Below, in pieces: positions 10,279-19,209 of a DNA stretch of 64,000 bases. Where the stretch lies: contig DPHV01000022.1 in the NCBI GenBank assembly GCA_003521625.1, positions 6,926 to 70,925 on the forward strand. Direction: 5' to 3'. The position numbers and the translations under genes are program-made. Origin of the DNA: Ruminococcus sp. Its GTDB lineage: Bacteria; Bacillota; Clostridia; Oscillospirales; Acutalibacteraceae. The notes beneath the pieces are model-generated. The model ran no database searches. It was not told the origin of the DNA and saw only the letters and a list, made by a program, of their open reading frames with translations. Numbering within the stretch: the stretch's first letter is position 1; each line of letters starts with the position of its first letter.

Positions 10279-10941
10279 TTATTTTGCACCCTCGCCTTTG
10301 AATACAGAAATTACAGTCTTAAAAATAATCTTTATATCAAAAAGCAGAGAGCGGTTTTTCACGTAATAAATCTCCATTGCCCTGCGCCTTTTGTAGCTGG
10401 TATCACTTCTGCCGTTAGCCGCCCAGAATCCTGTAAGGCCGGGCTTTACGCTTAACAGCATATCCTTATATTCACCGTAGATTCTTGTTTCAACCTCCAT
10501 AATCGGACGTGGACCGACAATTGACAAATCACCTTTTAAAATGTTGAAAAGCTGAGGCAGCTCGTCAAGGCTTGTCTTTCTCAGAAACTTGCCGATTTTT
10601 GTAATTCTGGGGTCGTTTTCAAGCTTGAAATTCTTTTTAAACTCCTCTTTTTGTTCGGGAGTGAATTTTTCAATAAGCTCCTCGGCATTCATTACCATAC
10701 TTCTGAATTTGTAAATGCCGATTTCCTTACCGTGTTTGCCCACTCGCTTGTGTACAAAAATAACGGGACCTTTGCTCGTTGCCTTTATCGCAATGCTTAT
10801 AATAATGAAAAACGGGGAAAGCAGAATGATTCCGATTGCCGAGCAAATAATATCGGCAAACCGTTTTACAAAATCGTAAACAGGCTTGTTTGCAACATAT
10901 TTACTTGTCACTTTTGCAGTATCAAAATTGCAGTTTTTCAT
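10279..10941 (-). CDS. Priming sugar transferase (undecaprenyl-phosphate glycophosphotransferase)
   Basis: KFRSM, DPRITKIGKFLRKTSLDELPQ, VGPRP, KPGLTG. Confidence 0.93.
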   Translation of the reverse strand: MKNCNFDTAKVTSKYVANKPVYDFVKRFADIICSAIGIILLSPFFIIISIAIKATSKGPVIFVHKRVGKHGKEIGIYKFRSMVMNAEELIEKFTPEQKEEFKKNFKLENDPRITKIGKFLRKTSLDELPQLFNILKGDLSIVGPRPIMEVETRIYGEYKDMLLSVKPGLTGFWAANGRSDTSYKRRRAMEIYYVKNRSLLFDIKIIFKTVISVFKGEGAK

Positions 10942-11022
10942 TACTCAGTCCATTTTCCCTCGTTTTTTAGTCCAATATATAAGCGGATATAATTTATATC
11001 AACTGATGTTCAGCATAAAATT

Positions 11023-11727
11023 TTAGTATCCGTAATATCCGTAAGAATAATTTCCGTAACCTTTTTTATATTTTTTAGTTTCGGAAGGCTTAACCTTGTT
11101 AATTATAATACCAAGCGTTTTGCCGCCCGAACGCTCAAGCGTTTCAAGCGTTTTGTTAAGCTGCGGGTAGGTTGTCGAGTTGTTTTTAACAACAACAACA
11201 ACTCCGTCAGACGCCTTGATAATCGGAACAGCGTCAATTACAACGCCGATCGGCGGTGTGTCAAAAATAATATAATCGTAGTCTTTCTCAACCATTTTTA
11301 CAAAGTCAGCCATAGCTTCGCTTGCAAGAAGCTCTGAGGGGTTCGGGGGAACAGCACCGTAGCACACTGCGTTCATATTTGAAAGCTTTGTAGACTGAAT
11401 AATCTCGTCTGCCGTACATTCGTCGTTGAGGTAATTTGTAAGCCCCGGTGTAGGAGCAAGCTTTAATGCAGAATGAACGTGAGGACGGCGAAGGTCGCAC
11501 TCAATTACAAGTACCTTTGTATCAACCTGCTGTGCAAGCGCCGAGGCTACGTTCATAGCCGTAACGGTTTTTCCCTCGCCCTTTGAGGAGCTTGTAAAGG
11601 CTATCTTTTTACAACCCTTTTTTATTATTGAATACGCAATGTTTGTTCTTGCTGTTTTATATGATTCCCTGATCTGAAAGCCGAGAGCTTCGGTATCAAT
11701 TGAACGGTCAATTTTTGCTTTTGCCAT
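11023..11727 (-). CDS. CpsD/CapB family tyrosine-protein kinase
   Basis: GEGKT Walker A, DLRRP, PPNPSELL, DTPP, C-terminal tyrosine cluster YKKGYGNYSYGYYGY. Confidence 0.93.
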   Translation of the reverse strand: MAKAKIDRSIDTEALGFQIRESYKTARTNIAYSIIKKGCKKIAFTSSSKGEGKTVTAMNVASALAQQVDTKVLVIECDLRRPHVHSALKLAPTPGLTNYLNDECTADEIIQSTKLSNMNAVCYGAVPPNPSELLASEAMADFVKMVEKDYDYIIFDTPPIGVVIDAVPIIKASDGVVVVVKNNSTTYPQLNKTLETLERSGGKTLGIIINKVKPSETKKYKKGYGNYSYGYYGY

Positions 11728-11744
11728 TTGTAATCACCTCTCTG

Positions 11745-12458
11745 TTAGTCTTTCTGGGCTTGTGCTGATTTCAAGTTCTTTGCAAAATACTCAAAATCGG
11801 GAATAGCGGCAAGCACGGGTATGTTGTTGATTGTAGTCATATCATCATCGTATTTAATCTTAACGTCGAAGTAATCACGTACAAAAGCGATGATAAGTGA
11901 AATTACCAGACCGATAAACAAAGCGATAATTACATTTTTTGTTACATTCGGTGAGGTAGGGTTCTGGGGAGTGGTTGCTTCGTCAACAATATTAAGCTTT
12001 GCGTTGTTGCTCAAAAGTGAGGAAATTGTTCCCGGTGCCGTTTTTGCAACTGCGTCGGCAATGTTCTTTGCCTCGGCAGGACTGTCTGAAACAACGTCAG
12101 CTTTGAAAACCTCTGTGTCCTCAACGCCTGTAAACTTGACCTTTGATTTAAGTTCGGTTGCAGTGTACTTGTTGTTAAGATTTTTTGAAACCGCTTCGTA
12201 AAAATTATTCGTATCAAGAAGTTCTATGTAAGTAGCAACAAGCTTTGAAGAATAATTGTACGCACTCAAATCATCATAACCGCTGTTTGAGTTTTTGTAA
12301 TCGGTGTTTACATAAAGCTTTACAGTTGCCGTGTAGCTCTTTTTAATGAAAAATTTGGTCACGAAAAATGAGCAGACAGAAAATAACAGTGAAGCAATTA
12401 TAATGAAAATAAGATTTTTCTTGATTATCCGCAGTATGTCCTTAAATGAGATTTCCAT
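11745..12458 (-). CDS. CpsC/Wzz polysaccharide chain-length/transmembrane activator
   Basis: Two TM segments, PTSPN motif before second TM, PVLAAIP; directly upstream of kinase. Confidence 0.9.
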   Translation of the reverse strand: MEISFKDILRIIKKNLIFIIIASLLFSVCSFFVTKFFIKKSYTATVKLYVNTDYKNSNSGYDDLSAYNYSSKLVATYIELLDTNNFYEAVSKNLNNKYTATELKSKVKFTGVEDTEVFKADVVSDSPAEAKNIADAVAKTAPGTISSLLSNNAKLNIVDEATTPQNPTSPNVTKNVIIALFIGLVISLIIAFVRDYFDVKIKYDDDMTTINNIPVLAAIPDFEYFAKNLKSAQAQKD

Positions 12459-12546
12459 AAAACAAACTCCTCAAATTCATTGTGAATTATTTACGCTGAA
12501 TAACTGAAAAACAACGCACAAATTCCATAATACAATATGTAATTAT

Positions 12547-12575
12547 ATTATATAATAAAAATTGAGCTTTTTCAA
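12547..12575 (-). promoter_or_regulatory. Putative sigma-A promoter of the EPS operon
   Basis: Minus strand TTGAAA-N17-TATAAT about 90 nt upstream of the cpsC-like start. Confidence 0.55.
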
Positions 12576-12827
12576 TCATATATCAAATAATTTCAATAAA
12601 AAACAAAAATAATGTCGAAATAACTTTGATTTAGTTAGTAATGCAAAAGAATTACTTAATCATTGAATAAAAAAGAACAAATATTTTATTGTACAAAACA
12701 GTTTTTACTTATGCAGTTAATAAGTGTATTTGACTATTATAAAATATAGAAAAAAACGACAAAAGTCATAATTTGTTGTTTTGTGTTCAATAAAAATATA
12801 TTTTTTTCAAAATTTAGCAAAAAACGC

Positions 12828-12856
12828 TTTACAAATTAAAAAAGTAGTGATATAAT
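12828..12856 (+). promoter_or_regulatory. Putative sigma-A promoter of the sortase cassette
   Basis: TTTACA-N17-TATAAT with extended TG. Confidence 0.65.
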
Positions 12857-12935
12857 GCATTTATAAATCGTTTTGATTTATATCGTCGGTAATGTACATA
12901 AGGTACAAAGAAAAAATTAAAGGTGGTAGAAGATT

Positions 12936-13559
12936 ATGAAAAAATTATCGGCAATTTTTGTTGCACTTCTTCTTGTTGCCGCTACTGCAATTACCGCTTT
13001 TGCAGCAGGTATTAACAGCAGCGAGCAGGCAGTTCTTGATAAGCTTAACGGAACTGTTACAATGCAGGGCAACCAGATGAGAATCTCACAGGAATTTGTA
13101 AACCAGGCTGAAAACTATTTCAATACTATTGAAATGACAGAGCAGGAGTCTAAGGACATTATCGCTATTATTGACGAAGGTAACAGTTTCCTCGTAAACA
13201 GCGGCGCTTCTGATTTCAAGAGCCTTTCTTACGACCAGAAGCAGGTTCTTCTCGGCTATGGTCAGAAAGCAGTAGGCGTAATCGGTATGACAATGTCCTA
13301 TGATTCAACTACAAGAACAATTACAGTTACAGACCCTAACGGCAATGTAGCTTTCTCTGTTTCTGAAGCAAACTATCTTGTTCCGGCAAACGGTTCTTCA
13401 AGCGGTTCTTCAGGCAACTCCTCAAACAGCGGTTCAGTTATTAAGACAACAGGTTCTGACGTTAACTACTTCGGCTTTATCGCACTCGGTGCAGCTGCAG
13501 TTGTTCTCGTAGCAGGCGGCGCAATGTTTGTTGTAAAAACTAAAAAAGAAAGAGCTTGA
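12936..13559 (+). CDS. Secreted protein with sortase-type C-terminal sorting signal (IKTTG)
   Basis: Signal peptide ending TAFA; Ser/Gly/Asn linker; IKTTG then hydrophobic helix and KTKKERA tail; adjacent sortase. Confidence 0.75.
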   Translation: MKKLSAIFVALLLVAATAITAFAAGINSSEQAVLDKLNGTVTMQGNQMRISQEFVNQAENYFNTIEMTEQESKDIIAIIDEGNSFLVNSGASDFKSLSYDQKQVLLGYGQKAVGVIGMTMSYDSTTRTITVTDPNGNVAFSVSEANYLVPANGSSSGSSGNSSNSGSVIKTTGSDVNYFGFIALGAAAVVLVAGGAMFVVKTKKERA

Positions 13560-13565
13560 TTTTAA

Positions 13566-14288
13566 ATGTCTGATAAAAAACGCAGACACAGGCATAAAAA
13601 ATTTGATGGGAAGAGTTTTATAATTCTTCCCATTATCTTTTTGTTCGGAACTTATCTTGTGCTTTATCTGGCGCTTGCTCCGAGCTTTTCAACTATTTTC
13701 TCGGCGGCAGGAATGTTCTTTTCGGACAATAAAAAAGATTACTCCACCGAGTATGAAAATATTTTTGTGCCTGTTTCGGAGAACTCGACTTTACCTACGG
13801 TAACAAAAGAAGATAAAAAAACATATGTAAAAAATGACGCTGTTGAATACCCTAACTACGGCAACCAGTTCGGCGAACTTATCATTGAGGAATGCGGAAT
13901 TGATAACAAGCTGTTTTTCGGTGACGGCGAGGTTGCACTGCGCAACGGAGTAGGAATTTACAATGGGAGTTTTATACCCGGTTACGGCGGAACAATTCTT
14001 GTTGCCGGTCACAACAACACCTATTTCAACGGACTTAAATACGCTGAAAAGGGTCAGACTGTTGTTATCCGCACAAGCTACGGCAATTACGAGTACCGCA
14101 TTACGGGCACAGCCGTAAAAAAGGCAACCGACAGGACCGCTTATGATTTAAATGCAGGTTATGAAAATCTGATTATGTATACCTGCTATCCATTTGACGA
14201 GCTTGGTCTTACCGATTACAGATTTTTCGTTTATACAGAGCTTGTTTCGGGCGCGCCGATTGATAAAAGCACAGGGGAGGGCGAGTAA
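13566..14288 (+). CDS. Sortase (class D-like)
   Basis: N-terminal TM; AGHNNTYF (His), MYTCYPF (Cys), downstream Arg. Confidence 0.9.
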   Translation: MSDKKRRHRHKKFDGKSFIILPIIFLFGTYLVLYLALAPSFSTIFSAAGMFFSDNKKDYSTEYENIFVPVSENSTLPTVTKEDKKTYVKNDAVEYPNYGNQFGELIIEECGIDNKLFFGDGEVALRNGVGIYNGSFIPGYGGTILVAGHNNTYFNGLKYAEKGQTVVIRTSYGNYEYRITGTAVKKATDRTAYDLNAGYENLIMYTCYPFDELGLTDYRFFVYTELVSGAPIDKSTGEGE

Positions 14289-14290
14289 TT

Positions 14291-15133
14291 ATGGCTAAAA
14301 AACCCTTTTCTTCAAGAGTCAGAAACGCAGTATTTATTCTGCTTTCATTTTTGCTGACTTTGATTTTGTTTTTGCTTTCGGTCTGTACAGTGCTTGAGGC
14401 TACGCTGTTTAATCCGGAGTTTATTTTTGACAATATGAACTCCTCAAACTATTTTATTGACAAGCGTGACGAAATTACAACAAGCCTTATCGACCTCGGA
14501 TATGCCAGCGGACTTGACGAAAGGTTCTTTCAAGATTTCGTTGACGAGGTTATGTTGTGCGATGACACAAGAGAGTATCTCGACAATTACTATTCCGGCA
14601 ACGGCGCAAAGATTGATACAACTGATTTTAAGCAGAGCTTTAACGCAGAAATTGATAAGTATATTCAGGAAAACAACATCAAGAATGTAAACGGAAACAG
14701 CCGGGATAAGCTTGTGCGCAAAGCGGCTCTGATTTACCGTTCTTCGCTTGAAATTCCCCTTTTCTCAAAACTTTCGGCGTACTTCCTGACTGCAAAAAAT
14801 GCAATGCCGTTTATTCTTGTCGGTCTTGCGGTGCTTGCAGGCGTTATCTGCGTTGTGCTTATCTTTGCGAATAAATGGAAACACAGAGGCGTTAAATACA
14901 TTTGCTACGCAACGTCGGGCGCATTCCTTACTCTGGGAATTATTCCTGCATATTTAATGATTTCGGGCAAGATTTCTCATTTAAATCTTGATTCCCGTGC
15001 GCTTTATAATATGTTTGTCCAATCTGCAAACAGCATATGCATTGCAGTTTTGTTCATTTCACTGTTCTTTTTGCTCGTATCAGTCGGACTGTTTTTCCTT
15101 TTCAGACGAATGTACCAAAAAGTCAGCAGTTAA
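14291..15133 (+). CDS. Hypothetical multi-pass membrane protein
   Basis: One N-terminal TM, soluble loop, three C-terminal TMs; 2 nt downstream of sortase. Confidence 0.75.
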   Translation: MAKKPFSSRVRNAVFILLSFLLTLILFLLSVCTVLEATLFNPEFIFDNMNSSNYFIDKRDEITTSLIDLGYASGLDERFFQDFVDEVMLCDDTREYLDNYYSGNGAKIDTTDFKQSFNAEIDKYIQENNIKNVNGNSRDKLVRKAALIYRSSLEIPLFSKLSAYFLTAKNAMPFILVGLAVLAGVICVVLIFANKWKHRGVKYICYATSGAFLTLGIIPAYLMISGKISHLNLDSRALYNMFVQSANSICIAVLFISLFFLLVSVGLFFLFRRMYQKVSS

Positions 15134-15151
15134 TAATTATTTATAAAATAT

Positions 15152-15190
15152 GGGACTGTCGCAAATTCGTTTTGCAACAGTCCCTTTTGT
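15152..15190. terminator. Hairpin between convergent genes, probable bidirectional terminator
   Basis: GGGACTGT...ACAGTCCC followed by TTTT. Confidence 0.6.
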
Positions 15191-15191
15191 C

Positions 15192-15959
15192 TTACTTGAT
15201 ATTATAAAATTTTTTTGCATTTTCGCAGGTAATGTCGAGTATATCCTGAATTCCCATATTGCGGACGGCGGCAATTTTTTCTGCCGCATACAAAATCATA
15301 GAGCTGTCACAGCGCTTTCCCCGAAACGGAACGGGCGCCATATACGGTGCGTCGGTTTCGAGCAGAAGTCTGTCAATCGGAATTTCAGACGCAACCTCAA
15401 TGCTGTGGCGAGCGTTCTTGAATGTAACTACTCCGCCCAGACTGATGTACATTCCAAGCCTTACAGCCTCTCTCATCAGCTCCACACTTCCCGAAAAGCA
15501 GTGCACAAGCGCATTCGGACGGTATTTTCGGAGCAAATCAAACGTATCCCCGTGAGCCTCTCTGTCGTGAACGACAAGGGGCATTTTTAAATCAAGCGAA
15601 AGCTTAATCTGCTCCTCAAACACCTTTTTCTGCTTGTCCTTCGGAATGTCCCAGTGATAGTCAAGCCCCGTTTCGCCGATTGCAACAACCTTTTCGTGCT
15701 TTGTAAGCTTGGCAAGTCTGTCGAGATAATCAGTCGGTATATCGTCAAGATTTTCGGGGTGAAAGCCGACTGCGGCATACATAAAATCGTATTTTTCGGC
15801 ATATTCAATGCTCTTTTCGGCAGTTCTTAAATCAACCGAGTTGTTCACAATTCCGCATACGCCCTTGCTTTTTATGTTGTCAAGCAGAGTGGAACGGTCG
15901 TTGTCAAACCACTTGTCGTCATAGTGAGCGTGTGCGTCAAAAATGTTTTCGTAATTCAT
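15192..15959 (-). CDS. tatD: TatD family hydrolase/DNase
   Basis: DAHAH, GFHP, AIGETGLDY, HDREA, HCFSG, LLETDAPY; start at MNYEN. Confidence 0.92.
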   Translation of the reverse strand: MNYENIFDAHAHYDDKWFDNDRSTLLDNIKSKGVCGIVNNSVDLRTAEKSIEYAEKYDFMYAAVGFHPENLDDIPTDYLDRLAKLTKHEKVVAIGETGLDYHWDIPKDKQKKVFEEQIKLSLDLKMPLVVHDREAHGDTFDLLRKYRPNALVHCFSGSVELMREAVRLGMYISLGGVVTFKNARHSIEVASEIPIDRLLLETDAPYMAPVPFRGKRCDSSMILYAAEKIAAVRNMGIQDILDITCENAKKFYNIK

Positions 15960-15963
15960 TTTA

Positions 15964-17340
15964 TCACTCCGTACTGCTGCGGATAATTTCAACCTGCCTG
16001 CTTTCAAGAACAGGGATGATTTTATTCTCCATATCTTTGCGGTCAGCATACATTCCTATGTTAATGCTGTCGGCACCGTCGAGGTAAAGGTCATATTTTC
16101 CGCTGTTTCCGTCAGGCTCGGCGTCAAGGCAGATAATTTCGCTGTAGCTGTAAAAATTGCCCGTCACGTCAAAATAGTGGCTGTTGACGTTCACTCCGTA
16201 TTCGTAAACTGCTATGCCGTTGTTTGCGCTTAAAAACACGAAAATCAGCGCCACAAGGTAGAAAATATAAAGTATAACTCTCATTCGCTTTTTCGATTTT
16301 TCAGAGTTGAAAATCGCATCGTAGTCCTTCATTTTCTGATATTTATTCTTGAAAAATTTGCGGTAAATGCTTTCTTTCAGAAAATAAGCGGCTATAAAAC
16401 TGCAAAACAGCGCAGGGATTATACAGCATAATGCGTTGTACGGCTCAAGCGGACTTGCGTAGAGCGCTGAGTGATAAAGTATTCCCGAAATTGCGTAGTA
16501 CATTCCTATGCACACAGCGAGAAACGGAATCAACAGCAGACCGCAGGAGGCGAAATAAGGAACGAAGCCGCTCGTGCCGTGATATTCCTTTAACCCGCCC
16601 TTAAGGCACTCATATGCTTCGTCCGAAACAGGCGAAGGATTGTCGCAATTCTCAATATATTCAAGCAGTCTGTCCTCGTAGGCGAGGCGTTTTTTCTTTT
16701 TCTCGTATTTTCTTTGAGCCTTTTTGTAGTCGCCTGCGAGAAAATCCCTGTATTCATCGGACGCAAAGGCGCACTGTTCAAACCCGAAGTAGAGGCTGAA
16801 AAGATACTCGTACACCTCGTCAACGTTTACGCTTTCGCCGTTTTCAAGTTCGCTGACTATATCCTTTTCAAAGTCGATGCCGACTGTTTTGAGGACGTTT
16901 TTACGCAGTACCTCCTGAATTTCAGCCATATTGTCATCGGAGCTTGCAAAGTCCTTTAGCTTTGGATAGACCTCTTCAAAATCCTTTGCGAGCCGTTCAA
17001 AGCATTTTTCCATTCGCTGTTCATTTTCGATAAAGCAGTAGAACCAGCAGGCGAAATTGTCGTTGTCAAACAGCCCGATAATGTCGTACATCATGCATTT
17101 TATCGGGAATTTACTGCGTTTCGAGAAGTCAACGATTATGTTCAGACCGCTTTTTTCAACCGAACCGCCGCATTCAAGGCAGTATTCAAACTCAACGTTG
17201 AAGCGGTTAAAGCAAAGCGTGCCGATAGCCGAGTCCTCGTCACGGATAAACCGTGTAGTAAAAGCCTCGGTTGTGTCAGCAAATTTATTAAATTTTCGTT
17301 CAAAAACAGTAATTATCTCATTTATCATTTCGTAAAACAA
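15964..17340 (-). CDS. Hypothetical membrane protein
   Basis: 458 aa ORF, soluble N-terminal half and three TM segments; no family recognised. Confidence 0.7.
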   Translation of the reverse strand: MFYEMINEIITVFERKFNKFADTTEAFTTRFIRDEDSAIGTLCFNRFNVEFEYCLECGGSVEKSGLNIIVDFSKRSKFPIKCMMYDIIGLFDNDNFACWFYCFIENEQRMEKCFERLAKDFEEVYPKLKDFASSDDNMAEIQEVLRKNVLKTVGIDFEKDIVSELENGESVNVDEVYEYLFSLYFGFEQCAFASDEYRDFLAGDYKKAQRKYEKKKKRLAYEDRLLEYIENCDNPSPVSDEAYECLKGGLKEYHGTSGFVPYFASCGLLLIPFLAVCIGMYYAISGILYHSALYASPLEPYNALCCIIPALFCSFIAAYFLKESIYRKFFKNKYQKMKDYDAIFNSEKSKKRMRVILYIFYLVALIFVFLSANNGIAVYEYGVNVNSHYFDVTGNFYSYSEIICLDAEPDGNSGKYDLYLDGADSINIGMYADRKDMENKIIPVLESRQVEIIRSSTE

Positions 17341-17343
17341 CAG

Positions 17344-17423
17344 TGTAGGGAACGGTCTTGACCGTTCCGCTGATTAAAAACAGACTTCTAATTTTCTCGG
17401 AACGGTCAAGACCGTTCCCTACA
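17344..17423. repeat. GTAG-tagged REP homodimer, family A
   Basis: GTAGGGAACGGTCTTGACCGTTCCG (17345-17369) and its exact reverse complement (17398-17422); second copy at 35658-35738. Confidence 0.9.
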
Positions 17424-17437
17424 TAATATATTATATT

Positions 17438-17491
17438 AATTCGGAGCGGAGCGACCCTTAACTCCACACTCCACACTCCAAACTCCACACT
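17438..17491 (-). repeat. Heptamer array (ACTCCAC x4) with GGTCGCTCCGCTCCGAATT module
   Basis: Direct reading; same module at 35498-35516 and 42623-42641. Confidence 0.8.
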
Positions 17492-17500
17492 AAAATAATA

Positions 17501-18208
17501 TCACTCTTTAAGCTTGTTCAGCTTTTCAATGTGCTTTGCACGCTTATAGCGGTACAGAATATTCTCCGCCCATTCCTTGTCAATCTTGATAAAGCCCTTG
17601 AGCTTTTTGTCCTTGATTGCAAATCTGTCGATAATATCCTTTGATTTGCCGTAAATTTCGAGCCTTGCGGTCTGCACATACGGCTTCCTTTCCTCACCTG
17701 CAAAATATGTAAAGCCCATAGTGTTCGTTTCACGGTCATACATCGAAAGATAACCGTCGGTAATCTCCGCACCGCCGAGCTTTTTCGAAACCGTCTGGCT
17801 TATTGCAAGCTTGGTAAGCTCAACCGCCATATCGTCAAGTCCCGATTCAAAAATAAAAATCTTTTCCTTGAACGAGTTGAAATCGGCAGTAATCCTCTTG
17901 CTTATGTTGCGCAGATTACTGTACTTTTCCTCCAGCTCCTTGTCGCAGAGCTGATAGCGGTCAATTTTCGGGATAAGATAAACCATAAAACGGTTTTTCA
18001 TATCGTTGTACAAAATCGGGTAATTCAGCCTTGCTCTGTAATTGCACGACGGACAGTGCCATGAAAAAAGCTCACCGTCAAGCACCTTGCTTCTCAAAGC
18101 CTTATTTACGGTTGTATTCACGCTTGTGTATATTTCTGCCTTGCCCAGCTCACCGCACATTGGGCAGACAATAGCCTTGTTTACTATGTTATCGGGCATA
18201 TCTGACAC
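17501..18208 (-). CDS. CpXC domain protein
   Basis: CPMCG ... CPSC pair, G-LF and LYND-M pattern typical of CpXC. Confidence 0.75.
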   Translation of the reverse strand: MSDMPDNIVNKAIVCPMCGELGKAEIYTSVNTTVNKALRSKVLDGELFSWHCPSCNYRARLNYPILYNDMKNRFMVYLIPKIDRYQLCDKELEEKYSNLRNISKRITADFNSFKEKIFIFESGLDDMAVELTKLAISQTVSKKLGGAEITDGYLSMYDRETNTMGFTYFAGEERKPYVQTARLEIYGKSKDIIDRFAIKDKKLKGFIKIDKEWAENILYRYKRAKHIEKLNKLKE

Positions 18209-18359
18209 CTCTTTACTGTTAATTATATCAATTGACTGTGATTTTCACAAGTAAATTTTAAAAAAATGTTGATTTTATCAAAAATATCTGTCATAATAAT
18301 AATATAATTATTAAACTCTAATTCCGCACATCGTGCGTTTTATTGCAAGGAGAATTGAT

Positions 18360-18947
18360 ATGATGATTTTTGATACAGTAAAAGGAACTGTCAGCACAGC
18401 GGTTGACACTATTTCATCTGTTGCGCAGTCGATTGTTGAGAAGAACAGAACGAATGCAAAGCTCAACAGATTAAGACTTGTTATGAAGAGCGAAAGCGAG
18501 CTTATGAACAGAGCGTACATCGCCCTCGGCAAACAGCTTTACGAGTCGCAGAAAAACGGCAAAGCAGTTTCTGCCGAAAATCAGGAAAAGCTTTTCGAAG
18601 TTATTGAAAAGTCAAAGGCGAAGATAGCCAGAGCAAGAGAGTGCTACAGAAAGATTGTTGACAGTCAGAACGATATTTTCTACGGCAACCCCGATGATGA
18701 ACAGGAGTACAGCTCAAGTGAAGTTGTTGACATTACCGTAGCCTGTTCAAACGAGAGCGAATACAAGTCATCGCCGTTTGAAAGCATTGAAACTCAGGTT
18801 AAGACTGCCGTTGACGAGATTAAGGACGAGGTTGAAGAAACCGCAGAGAAGGTTGAGGAGAAAGCCGAAGAAATTAAGGAAGAAATAACCTCAGCCGATG
18901 AAGAAACCGAAACCGACTGCGAATCACCCGAAGGCGAACTTTTCTGA
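18360..18947 (+). CDS. Hypothetical protein, helical N-terminus and acidic C-terminal tail
   Basis: AGGAG RBS before ATG 18360; downstream hairpin terminator. Confidence 0.75.
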   Translation: MMIFDTVKGTVSTAVDTISSVAQSIVEKNRTNAKLNRLRLVMKSESELMNRAYIALGKQLYESQKNGKAVSAENQEKLFEVIEKSKAKIARARECYRKIVDSQNDIFYGNPDDEQEYSSSEVVDITVACSNESEYKSSPFESIETQVKTAVDEIKDEVEETAEKVEEKAEEIKEEITSADEETETDCESPEGELF

Positions 18948-18968
18948 TATTTTAAAATATATATCTTA

Positions 18969-19000
18969 TCCCTGCCGATTAATTTCAGGCAGGGATTTTT
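18969..19000 (+). terminator. Intrinsic terminator
   Basis: ATCCCTGCC...GGCAGGGAT followed by T run. Confidence 0.7.
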
Positions 19001-19011
19001 GCGTTATACGG

Positions 19012-19037
19012 TGAACCTTTTTACTTTTCCTGTGTCT
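19012..19037 (+). promoter_or_regulatory. Putative ECF-type promoter
   Basis: TGAACC-N16-GTCT directly upstream of the small ORF/ECF sigma pair. Confidence 0.5.
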
Positions 19038-19062
19038 TTTTAATTGAGAGGAGTGAAAAGTG

Positions 19063-19209
19063 ATGAGCTTGTATAGACTTATAAAATACAGTATAATTGT
19101 TGACAGCAGAAATTATGAGCCGTCAGACGTGACAAAAAAAGAAATTATGAACTTATTTGTCAGAATTAAGAGAGGTGAAATGTGGTGCGCAGAAATGAAA
19201 ATAAGATAA
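19063..19209 (+). CDS. Small 48 aa ORF overlapping the start of the ECF sigma gene
   Basis: GAGGAG RBS at 19048-19053; MSLYRLIKYSIIVDSRNYEPSDVTKKEIMNLFVRIKRGEMWCAEMKIR. Confidence 0.5.
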   Translation: MSLYRLIKYSIIVDSRNYEPSDVTKKEIMNLFVRIKRGEMWCAEMKIR

